Source: Takakia lepidozioides (taxonomy: Eukaryota > Plantae > Bryophyta). Taken from it: a stretch of 64,000 nucleotides of DNA. Below are positions 13,107 through 25,100 of the stretch, in pieces. Made by a program: the position numbers and the translations under genes. Position 1 is the stretch's first letter; each line of letters begins with the position of its first letter. The notes below the pieces were generated by a model that had not been told where the DNA came from, did not search any database, and worked only from the letters and a program-made list of their open reading frames with translations. Where the stretch lies: positions 17,918,001 to 17,982,000 of the forward strand of contig CM060732.1 in the NCBI GenBank assembly GCA_030704615.1, written 5' to 3'.

Positions 13107-14574
13107 CCTTGCAAACCAAACAAGAGGCGCACTTGGATCCGTCTTCTCGCTTAACCCCGGAACCGAACCCCAACACTCCCCTGAACCATCCCGTGCCTAC
13201 CCAGCGGCAGAACTCCCCCCCCCACACACTCCCAACGCGATGCTCTCCAAATGCTCGCAATGCCCTCCTCGCCATCCGTCCCTCCGCATTTCATAGCGAC
13301 CCTTGCGAGCCCCCATCAGTTTCGCGCGCAGACCAAGGGTTTGAACATCCACGCCCGGCCATCACCGGTCACCGCGCCCGTGTGACCGCCCATTCCCCGT
13401 AGACACATCACCGGATGAGTATTCGTCACTCTGTTCTCCATTCGTTCGCTTTCACATACATCATCGCATGCGGGATGGCAGTACAGATTCCAGCGCCGCG
13501 GGACCTGGAGGGGCAGGCATGGCATGGCATGAGATGAAGCGGGGCCCAGAGCGGCATACATAGGTAGGTATAAAAGGGAGGGGTAAGTAGCAGGGTAGGG
13601 CTGGGCAGTGCGCTGCAATAAGAGAGGCTGCGTGGCTGGCTGGCTGGCTGTGCGAGTCAGGCCGCATGGATGCGTTGTAGAGGTACTTACGCCTATCCAT
13701 TCAGCTGCAGCGGTGTGAGCGAGAGTGTGCAGGTGGGGAGAGGATCTGTGCTTGGGAAGCGGGGAAGGAAGGAGGTAGAAAGATGGGAGCTAGATGCTTC
13801 CATTCTGCTGCCTGTGAGACGCGTCCCTTGTGTGTTTGGAGGGTTTCTATGTGAATTTTTAGGTGTATCTGGGGGGAGGGTATGACTGACTGACGTCTGT
13901 ACCGAGTGTTTGGTAGTGTTTTGTCGAATCTGTAGGCGCGCAAGGAAGTGAATTGGTACGGAGCTCGGAATTGGTGAGGAGGAGGTCTCTGGTTTGTTTA
14001 TGATCTTATTGCTGCCTGAAGTGCTCGCATGTGCTAGCTTTGTGAGCCTCTAGGTTTACTTGATTTGGAGGGGAACTGAGGTTTCTACCGAGGGTCGGAG
14101 GTCTCTGGGATATGTGTAGCTGTGACTATGTCGGCACGCGAGAATGTAGTTGTTAGTGAACCCGGGACTTGAGAAGGGGAACGGCGTTTTGTTATCTCTA
14201 GATCTGTTTTGGTTTTCTTTGCGAATCTCTAGGTATATGCCTCACTGAGAGTGCACCTGAGGTTTCTATCGACTATCGGAAGGCTTTGAAGTGTTTTTTC
14301 TGTGAATCTGTAGGTGAGTATGGGACAGCGGAAAGCCGTGGTCTTATATCTTCTTTTGTGGGAGTGTTGGTTCTGTGACTGGGTAGGTATGCTTCATTCA
14401 GTGATGTATCCTGTAATTGCTACTGAACAGTGGATTCTTCTTGGCATATGAGAGCTCCTTTCTTCTATGTCTTTCTTCTACCTGTCTGTATCTTGCTCTT
14501 CCTTCAGCCTCTCTTATCAGAAGTTTTTTTAAGCAGAGACCAAGTGATTTCTGGTACGGCGAAGATCGGATGAG

Positions 14575-14577
14575 ATG

Positions 14578-14609
<32 letters not shown>

Positions 14610-14911
14610 CGAGAGAGAGAGAGGAGAGAGAGAGAGAGAGCGAGAGAGAGAGAGAGATCAGAGAGAGAGAGAGAGTCGAGAGGAGCTCTCTCTAGAGAGA
14701 GAGAGAGAGAGAGATCGAGCCTTCTCTAGAGAGCAAAGATCTCTCTCTCTCTCTCTCGAGAGAGAGAGATGAGAGGAGAGAGAGAGGATCTCTCTTTTCT
14801 CTTGGAGAGGAGGAGAGAGAGAGAGAGAGAGAAGCAGAGAGAGAGGAGGAGAGAAGAGAGGAGAGAGAGAGGAGAGAGAGAAGAGAGAGAGAGAGAGAGA
14901 CTCTGAGAGAG

Positions 14912-14950
<39 letters not shown>

Positions 14951-15160
14951 GAAGAGAGAGGAGAGAGATCAGAGATAGAGGAGAGGGAGAGAGAGAAGAG
15001 AGAGAGACTAGAGAGGACTCTCTCAGAGAGAGAGAGAGAGAGAAGAGACGGAGAAGAGGACTATCGAGGAGAGAGGGGAGTCGAGAGAGAGAGGAGAGAG
15101 GAGGAGAGGGAAGAGGGAGGGAGAGGGAGGGAGATTCCTCTAGAGGGAGAGATAGAGAGC
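14575..15160 (+). repeat. Long interrupted (GA)n/(TC)n microsatellite and purine tract
   Basis: About 580 bp of almost pure G/A with embedded TC inversions. Confidence 0.95.
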
Positions 15161-15338
15161 CTTTTGGGTTTGCATGCAGAGTCCTTAGTATACAAACACA
15201 CGGATGTTAATTTGCCATCAAATTTTGTTGGATGAACAGGCATAAGTTGGAAAGAGGAGAGACCCCAGAGATTGGGAGACTGATAAGGTTTGAGGTTAAA
15301 TTTAATCAGAATCGGTTTGGCTAGACCCTGGGAGCACC

Positions 15339-18300
15339 ATGACGTCCTCAAAGTCCCACGGGAAGGAGAAGGAACCCCCAACAAACGTAACGATTGTGTA
15401 TATGCACGTGGTGGAGGATGTGATCAACAATATACGTGCTGATTTTCAAAGTGAAGGTATTGAGGATGGCGTTTTGAACGAGCTGCAAGCTGTGAGTTCC
15501 TTGTGCAGTGCTTTTCCTTGCTGTTATTCCCAGCGCTTTTTGTGGCACATACCCTCTGCGGCTCCAGAATTCCTGCGCAGCAGATCTTGAGAATGTAGCA
15601 GGCAGGAACTGGGTGGCCTCATCTAATCACCCCTAACCTGACAATGCAAACAAAACATTATGTTTTGTATGATAGCCTTTGTCCCTGAGAGCAGACTTGT
15701 AGTGCAATGGAGTTTCGTATGAATTGAAATTGTATGAGGTTCATCCTTGCGGGCTGCTACTCAAATTTCCATTTCTGCTGCTTATGCGGCCCACTGGAGG
15801 GGAAGGACAGTGACACAGAGAGGAGACCGTGACAGCCGTGGGCAGGGAGAAATATAGTTACAACCCAGACTGGGAGGGAGAGAGAGAAACCATATGTGGG
15901 CTGTCAACATGATACAATTAGGCTACCTTTAATGGACTAAATCGCTATACTACTACTAACTTGGATGTATCACCAGCTATGTGAGCTGAAGATGTTGCAA
16001 TCAAGGGCAATTGAAGGAGGTGAAATCTATGGTGGGTCTGCAGCACCTTCGAATCTGGCAGCAAAGGCAGGGACACAGCCACCCAATCCTGTTCATGACC
16101 TGAATGTTCCCTATGAGGCCCCTGAAGATTATGAAGCATCTTCAGCTGTGATCAATTTCCCACCGGTAAGCCGATTCGGTTTGTGTTTCCTTGCAAAATT
16201 CGCAAGCAGGTCTGTCCCATTCATGCTGCTCGACTAGCTGGGACCCACATAGAAGTGTCGGAGGCCTAGAGTTTGCTATCCTAGAAAGCAAACTGAACCA
16301 ATGAATGAATCATTGGCAGAACGGAAGTGTTGATTGTTTCTGCTGTATCAACTTGCCAGCATAAGTAATAATTGTTTGTAGGTTTCCTGGAGTATGCCAT
16401 ATTAACAGCACCTTGGAGTTCTGAACAAGTGTTTATGATTCCATTCCCTCTAAAACTTGTCTGCCCTGTCGTCATCCATCCCATCCGTGGTGCAGAGACC
16501 TACGCAGATGAGCAATGGCATATCCCTCGTGCATCCGTATGTGCCTATGCCCCCATCTGCGGTCATCCCTCGTGCCAGATAGTGGGGTCAGTCTTAACTT
16601 TAAGCCAACTTTCTACGTGGTACCTTTACTTGATGCGCTAATATGTTTTTGAAACCGATCCAGCACACCGGGAGCCTGGTGATATTACATTACCAGCAAG
16701 TGTTTGGAGTTCTTTACACGGGATTGCATTGTGGAAACTGTATGTTGTGTACGATTTTTTGACTATTGTCATCCATTTCATCCAATAATCACGATAGTAC
16801 CACTTACAGTAGTGCCACCAGTGTTATGTAAATGGGGTTCATGGCTAATGTCAACTGGTAATCTCATTCCTGTGTGGGCTATCGTGCTTACCTTTGGTCT
16901 GTCTTTCAACAGCAAGAAGACTTGGTCAACCATAAGAGTCGCAATGTGGAGATCAATGTTAAAGAAAGTGAGTTTAGGCTCTGTGTTAGTTTTCAATACT
17001 TTCTTGCACTGTTTGTTTCCTGCCGCAAACGTTCTCTACAGTAGAAAACATATGCATGGCAAAAATGCTTTTGGTTTGGTGGTTGGAAGTGGCAGTAGCT
17101 GTGAGCTATAACATGTTGAAGACAACTTGTCTGTGAACTAGCATGTTTCTGGTATTTTGACTTGGGAGTGGTGCCAACTTAGGAGTAGTGTATCTGATCT
17201 AGCATTGGAATTGTGAGGCCAGTAGGTAGAATTGGCATGGAAAAACTCAACAAGGTTAGCCTTTCTTCCGTTCCGGTATGCTTCATCCCCAAGTTGGGTG
17301 AATGTGTGTCAAATGTGTTTTTTCATTTATATGTAACTCTTGTGGGATGCTGCTTTGCAGCCTATGAGCCAAGGGAAGATGAAAGACATGATCACACCCT
17401 ACCTATCACAACACAATGCTTCATCAAATCAAAAAGAGCCCCTAGATTCCTCCCATAACGAAGGTAACACTGCTGATTTGCTGATTCATTTGCACCATTG
17501 TGAAGTTCTCACAAGATGTTAGGTTTACAGCCAGTGTTTGCAACTGTTTCTGGGTGAGGGTCACCAACTCGTGGGGCCATATTTCCAACTTAGGTCCCAA
17601 GTAGGAGGGTAGAGCAGGAATTCCCACTTCTTTTTGAGAGGTTGAAGCCTCTTTAGACACCTTAAATGCACCTCAGCTGCGCAACTCAAAGGTAAACTCA
17701 CATCACATCTACTAGCTCACCCGCTCTGTCAAGCAAATGTCTCTCTTCCTCATTCATGGGATAAACTTGAGAGACATGGGCCACATTGACGGATACTACC
17801 TACTAGATACTGGTAGCTGAGTGACTTCTCAGTTTTCTTGGTGACGTCATGATGACGCCTGGAGGCTATGCTATACTGTACCTTCACTTGACTGTATCTT
17901 CTATGGATGGAACCGGACTTCTTACCTCTTTCTAAAACAGGCAAGCGAAAGCAAAAATTAGGAATAACGGCGGGTGCATTTCTGGGAACTACATTCCACA
18001 ACGAGATGGGGCAGGGGACGTTGACTTGAATTTGGCTCCATTAGTCAACTCCTCTTCCAGCCATCCGGCAAGTACTCCATAATTATAGAGGCCTCTTTCT
18101 GGCTATCGAGAGTACCAATCTTCAGGTAAACTTTTAGGTCTGTTTGTCCAAGCTGTGCAAAGCTTAGATATTTTCCACAACTCCCAAATGGTGTTGATTG
18201 TAGATTCAAAGGCAGATGTGTGGTTATGCTGCCAAAGCCATCAGCACAGTCCCTCCTCATGCAATGTCGTTTGCTTTCCAGCATCAAGTCTTTGCTTTGT

Positions 18301-20849
18301 GTCGAGTCTACCTGTTTTCAAGGCAGAGCTCTCCTGTGGACCTATGCTGTAGGTATTTTGTGAGCTTGTATTGAACCTGAACCTCATCTCTCCAGTTGTG
18401 ATTTTTAGCTTGGTGGTTTCCCCATAATTGGGTGGTCCTTCAGCTTCAGCTTTGTATTGGGTCTCAAGGCTTTCAGAGGGATAAACAAGTTTTTCTGGTT
18501 TGATTTTTCAGGATGTAGGTCCAAGGGTGAGCTGGGCAGCACAAAGGGTTGCTGTCAGGAGCTTTGACTGTCAGATATGTCAGAAGGAAAATGTCAATGC
18601 AGATACTACGATCAGAAGTCTTCCAGCTGCACATACATGTAGTTCAGACATCCCACAGCTGGATGGTGTTGGTGACAACTATGATGATGTAATTCACTAT
18701 CGCACCGCTGTGATCTCAGTTGATATCTGAGTCAGGAAAGTTTGAGTATATAAAAAGCTTGACCCATGAAAAAGAGAAGCCACCCTGCATCAAGCTTTAT
18801 AAACCATAAAGAGCCAACCATATTTGGAGGACAGAAGAGTCCGCAGAAGGACATGCTTTGTCTGATAAGCCTGATAAGATGGGCATAAAGTCAGACTAAA
18901 CACACTAAAAACGGGTGGCCATGCTTGTGACAAAACAGCCATTGTAATCAAGGTATTTGTTGGGGTCATTGACTGCCTCTAAGTCTTAATTCCGACCTGT
19001 CTCTCCCTCTCAATATCCCCTTGTTTCTTGCTCTGGGACTCTTTGTGGTTGTATTTTTCTTTCTTCTCTCCTTGTGATGTTTATTGTGGGCAATGTTGGA
19101 TCCCATTATGGGTTCCACTTTTAGACTGGTGTTATCTATCAAGGAGAGCCCTTACACTCCGCAATGATTAAAAGGTGGGTGACTTCTATGTGAGCAGAAA
19201 ATGCTGATGGTTCATAAATGTAACTGAAGCAAGGCATAATTGGGTCTTCCAACAGTGGGGTTCCTGCTGATGCATGCCTGGAGGTCAAAGGCTTATGATT
19301 TCCCGCTGTAGTAATGTATACTTTTGTTGTTGTGGATCCTAGTATACCAATAGCAGGTGCTGTGAGGGGCTCCAAATGGACTATGTTTCGCTCATCTGAT
19401 TGTAGTAAGATAGTTTACACTGAAGAGTTCTAAATCTCTCTGATCCCCTCTTCTCTGGTAGGCTGTCGCTGAAGAGGACTACAATCAGCCAGGAGAAGAA
19501 GGCAAGTGATGCTGCTAGTCAATCCACTGCTATTTTGCAAGGCTTTATTTGCCAGTTGCTTTCTTTTGTAGAGAGTTGGATGTGTTCATAGCTGACGCCA
19601 GGTTCAGCTGTAGGCATTGGTTTGTCCCAATAGCAGATCTCCCCTGTGTAATGTATGAGAAGTTCCAATCTTGGTGAATGTTACGCGAGGATAGTCACTA
19701 CCAGCAAAGTGTGTGTACTTCATCTTGGAGCACTGCTTATCTAGTTGTATACGAGGTTTCAGTCAAAGACATGGGTGGTTGTCTTAAGCACGGATGAATT
19801 TTTCAAGATAATGGGCTGCTATGGCCAGAAAGAATGAAGCCAGTCCAGCACAGGTAGATCTTGGTATGGCCCTGGTGGAAGTGAATGTGACAGTCTCATT
19901 GCTTGATCTGGTGTTTGATTGACAGAAACCCAGCTGGCCAATGACACACCCACGCCCAAAGTGAAAGCAGAACCTGCTGATTCTAATGGGTCAGAGCCCC
20001 CGTTGAATGAAGATGATGATGAAGAGCCTGATGATGGTGATGAAGGTGATGAGGAACCAAAGACTAGACATCTAGTGCTTGCCCAGTTTGATAAGGTTCT
20101 TGTTCTTCTCTATGCCTCATCTCCTGAACTAGCATAGAGTACATTTACAATCAGCTCATCCACAGGACAACCAGGAAATGGATTGGGCTAGTCGTCATTG
20201 AGATATCATACTCTGTCAATGTAACGAGATATTCTTCGAGTATTGACCATATCTTCACACCCGGCTTGCTGTTAGTTGTGTCACAAAATTGTGCATTGAC
20301 AAACATTTGAGAGGTTAGGAGTAGGTGGACTCAAATAGAGCTTGAAAGTAGGTTGAAACAGGCCCCAGCAGATATTGTACTTTTGTACTCTGCACTTTAA
20401 ATAGTGTGATTTTCCTGCTGATAACAGGTTACCAGATCCAAGAACAAGTGGAAATGTGCACTCAAGGATTGTGTCATGCATTTGAATGACCGGGACTTTC
20501 TCCATGCTAAGGTGTGTTGTCTTCCTCTCTCTATGTCAGTGCCATCAGTCTACGAGTCGGCTGGGTATTTATGCTGAAAAGCCTGGTTCTCATCAGGATG
20601 TCATCGGAGCTGTTAACTGGACTCTCCGGGTTGCATGCAGTTGTCTTAGTCAAGGGGCGTAGATTTGTATTATCTGGTCTACCTCTCACACTGAATCAGA
20701 ATTTGCAATTAGATTGCGTAGCAGCAGTTTCAGTCACAGGGCCTACTGTCCTATGTTATCTGCTGGAAGGGAGAAGTCACTCCGTTGCTAACAGGTTTCC
20801 ATGTACTACTACTGGTCTGAACAGGCAAACTGGAGAGTTCGAGTTCTGA
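15339..20849 (+). pseudogene. TFIIA large (alpha/beta) subunit gene with apparent frameshifts
   Basis: VYMHVVEDVINNIRADF..GVLNELQA, VHDLNVPYE, YIPQRDGAGD, IPQLDG, HLVLAQFDK|VTRSKNKWKCALKD..|..GEFEF. Frame breaks in the exon near 17916-18030 and in the last exon. Confidence 0.8.
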
Positions 20850-22178
20850 AGCGGCATGTTTGCACATTTTCTATATTGCTTTTCGGGCACAACCAGTCTT
20901 ACAGCATTCAGAAGTTTCACAGTGAATGTCTTCATTGGTATTCTGGCAAGAACAATTCTTTGGCTTGTCGACCATTGATTAAATTTGGGCGCGATTTGAA
21001 CCCAGCCATTTTCAGTTGCTAAACCTGAGTTTTCATCACCAATGCAAGACCATAGATATTATTCTTCAGTAGTGCAAGAAATTTGGATGAGCTAGTTCAT
21101 GAGATTGAGGGGCCAGGGGACTGACTTCGGTCAATTTGCACACAAACTGATGAAGACCTCAGACCTCCCCTAACATAAACTATTCGCCAACTCCACTAAT
21201 CATTGAGAGTTTGGGAGCTGAGGCTCCCTCTGTTTTTTTCCATTGTCATTGTAAAGACACGGCTTAAAATTTGATCACCATGTATCCGTCTCTGCACTGG
21301 TGAGTGACTCCTGTCTTGCTCCCGGCATCCTGGGCACAAAAATCCTCGTGTTAAATCACATTCTAAAGTGAGAATCTGTTCTCCCAACTTGCCTCCTCTG
21401 AATGGAAGCTGCTCTTTGCTTTTTATGCTCAAGTTGGTTTTTCTTTCTACCCAGTGGCTCCAAGTGGGAATCGTCCACAGTGCGGAGCCTATGCACGTCT
21501 GAACAACACAACAAAAACCCTCCACCTGGGTCTGTTTCAACCAAAATAAATGCCCACGGCCACAGACACATGCATATCTATGCCTATGTTAGCATATGTT
21601 GGTGCCTTGTCCCTTGTCCGGGCGATGAAGATTCCAATGTGTGCTTGGCCTTGCCCTTCGGGTCAATCCTCCAAAATCTGGGAATCGGTAGTCTCCAAAA
21701 CACTCCAGAAATTATAATAGTGGACTTGTCCGCGGAATCCCGATTCCGTGGATGGGTGTACAACAAAGTGATACGAATGATTGCATGGATAGTGTTGGTG
21801 TGCCATTCCAATGGGATACTTGTGGGGTATATACCACAAAGATTCCCCCATGACAAAAAGGAGGGTTCAAAATGTTTGTTTTTAACAGGTGCAGATCTCA
21901 ACAGATCTGGACCGTTGGTGGGGAAAGATGGGGTGGGCGTGTAGAGGGCACGGTGGGGTCGAAGAGCCAGCATATTAGGAGAGAGAATCGCTCCATGTCG
22001 ATAGTCTTGTTCCCCTCTGTCTCTCTACAGGAGCAGGAGGCTTAGAATGAGAGCGAAACGCACAAGGATTTGTTGGTCTAGTCTGTGCCAGGTCTGCCTC
22101 TCATATCAGTGCGGGTATCCGAGAAGGTGAAGTTTTCCTCGTGGAGAGAGAAGAGGGCAGAGCAAGCGGTCGGACAAC

Positions 22179-25100
22179 ATGCAAGCCATGGCAGGGGCGA
22201 GTGTGGCAGCTACATTCTCGAACCTGAAGCAGGTTGATTGTGTGCCGGGATGCCTGCAGCAGTCAATGGCGGTGGGACTCAAGGGCGCGTTGAAGGTGCC
22301 GGTGACAGTAGCACGCCCTCACAGAGCGCGGACAGCCGGTGTGCGGAACATGGCACCTGAATTGGCAGAGATGGAGCCTGCTTCGGCAGGCAGTCAGCTT
22401 CTGGGTGGGTTGTTTCTGTCCCATTTGCTGTATTTTAGCTGCTCCCCCTCATTTTTCCCACTACCAGTTTCAACCGTAAGCACCGATTGTCCTTCATCCT
22501 GCTCAATCCATCTACTAGATTCTGACCGAATTCTGCTTTATGATTGTCAAATCCGAGTAAAAGGGGTATCCACAAGATGTTATTACGACTCTGGGTTGCC
22601 TGTAGGACTTTGATTCTTCCCAAATGTGCGTGTGACATTCTGATAGACACACAGAAACTCGTTCGTTCTAGAATCGAACACAGTCGTATTCAACACCCGT
22701 ATGTAGTGGCAAAACCTCAAGTCCTACTTTTGGGCTTCCAGTATAGCCTTTTATCTGGGGCACTCCAGTCCGTTGCATGATGGTAATACCAACTGCCCTC
22801 CATCTTCCGTGTCTTAGAAGGGGTGGCTGGATCAGGCTTTTACCATCATCTCATATTATGCAAATTCTCTCCAAATGTTGTTAACTTAGGATTGCCTGAT
22901 TGCTGGGCAAAGGTTGTTAATTGCCGAAATACTACATCACTCGTGCTCAATTTCCTTTTTAACCCTGGCGCACTAGAATCACCTTTCACTGCACTTCAAC
23001 AGTTGATGGGCGCAGCACCAGTCTTGGTAAAAACGAAAATAGTTGTTGCTAGCTATATTAACCAGCCCTTGCCATGTAGAGGGCCTGATACAAGGATTGC
23101 AGGTGGAAACATTGTGCTCTCTTGCTACTCCAATGAGGAGAGGGGCTTTGTTCTTTAGAAAGTTGGAGGTGCACATTTGTCTGAGTCTCTTTCCATCTAC
23201 CCAAATGTAGAGCGAGGTAAGCTGCAAATCAAACTGCAAGATTCTCACTATACCACAATCAGCACATTGAGTTGCTTCAGTGTCCTACCAGCCTGACTTA
23301 TTCTCTCTCCCCCTTTAGCTTCTTTTGGTCCATAGACACTTCAGGGCGTCCAGTGGATGTAATAAATCCTTCCTCTTCTGTATGTGATCTGATGGATTGT
23401 TTGGTACAATGTGGATGTGTGAAAGCAGTTCCCCGGCAGAAGTACTGTGAGGCAATTCACAAACCAGTCAGGCGCAAGACACGGACGGTGCTCATTGGTG
23501 ATGTGGGTGTAGGTAGTGACCATCCCATTCGCGTACAGACCATGACCACTACTGACACCAAGGACGTACAAGGCACCGTGGAGCAGGTGCAGTGATCTCA
23601 AATTTTTTACCTACATTCTGCATGTTGTTGCATAAGAATTGGGGTGAGTGTGCTTCTGCATAGATATGCGTTGTCTTGATAGCTGAACGACACACCTAAT
23701 AATATTGGATAGACATTTGCCTCTCTTTTTGGCGTTCAGGTGATGAGGATATCAGACAAGGGAGCAGACATTGTGAGAATCACAGTGCAGGGGAAGAGGG
23801 AGGCGGATGCTTGCTTTGACATCAAGAACACCCTTGTGCAGAAAGGGTGAGCTAGCTCAAACATCTTGCCTATGTTAGGCCTCAATATACATTCTTGTGG
23901 CTCACCTTGTTCTCTCCAGATCTGCTTTTCTGTTGTGCTAGCCATACACTCAGTTCAAACTTAAATTGATTGTTTTTGGAGTTTGACGCCTTAAGGTGGC
24001 ATACAATTGAACCTGATTGCTGCAGGTATACAATACCATTAGTTGCAGACATCCACTTTGCACCCCCAATTGCCATGAGAGTGGCAGAATGCTTTGACAA
24101 GATCCGGATCAACCCTGGAAACTTTGGTGAGCTACTGCTGCTGGATAACCCGCCCTTATCAAAATAGTAGCTTTACTCCTCCCCCCTCCCATGCTTGCAT
24201 ACTTGCTACTTTGAAAATTGTTGGTTTTTAGAAGAGTAACAGTTGATCACTTTGGGCGTCTCTGGACTCTGGACCCATTTTTTGGATTTGAGAATTCTAT
24301 GGCATCTCTTTGAGAGCTATGATGGCCTCATGTGGGTGCAGCTGTGGCTGCGCACCGTGAGAAGTTTCTCCTCTCAGCCATTTGACATCATATCTTTGAT
24401 TTCACAAATTCATGTAGTAAGAAAAATGAGGTATGTTGGACGGGCCAGCTGATCGGCGAGCCCAATTTGAGAAGCTTGAATATACAGAGGAAGACTATCA
24501 ACAAGAGCTTGAGCACATCGAACAGGTACATCTGCGTTGTCCATGGCAAAGAAATCTGCCTTATGTGAAGTTTTGAGGTGGCACTAGAGAATAAGAAAAT
24601 CATAATTGTCCCCAGGAGAGCTTATGGCGGGATTAAGGGAGGGAGAGAATGTGTGAATTGTTCTTGGGGATTGCTGAATCAATAACACTTCATGCATATG
24701 TTCACAGGTGTTTACTCCTTTGGTGGAGAAGTGTAAAAAATATGGGCGGGCTATTCGAATTGGCACCAATCATGGAAGTTTATCAGACCGCATTATGAGC
24801 TACTACGGTGACTCTCCTAGAGGCATGGTAAGGTTGACTTTTGCCATGACCTTCTGTTATATCCACTGTCTTTTACCCCTTGGATTGGTGTATCTGGGCA
24901 TGGCAAACGAGATTATTCGGACCACAGACGTGGTGATCACAGGTCTTCAGGTTGCATCCAGCTACCTGGTTGTAGTATCCACAGCTCCTCTTATTTTAGT
25001 AGTATCCATTTGTGTAAATCTCTGGACTTTCCAAGTTTTTTCAATAAAAGGACTTATTGAAGACACCTGACTGCTAGCACCACACTCACATAAAACAAAA

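Noticed and set aside
14417-14772. ER-repeat ORFs
   Set aside because: These are translations of the GA microsatellite.
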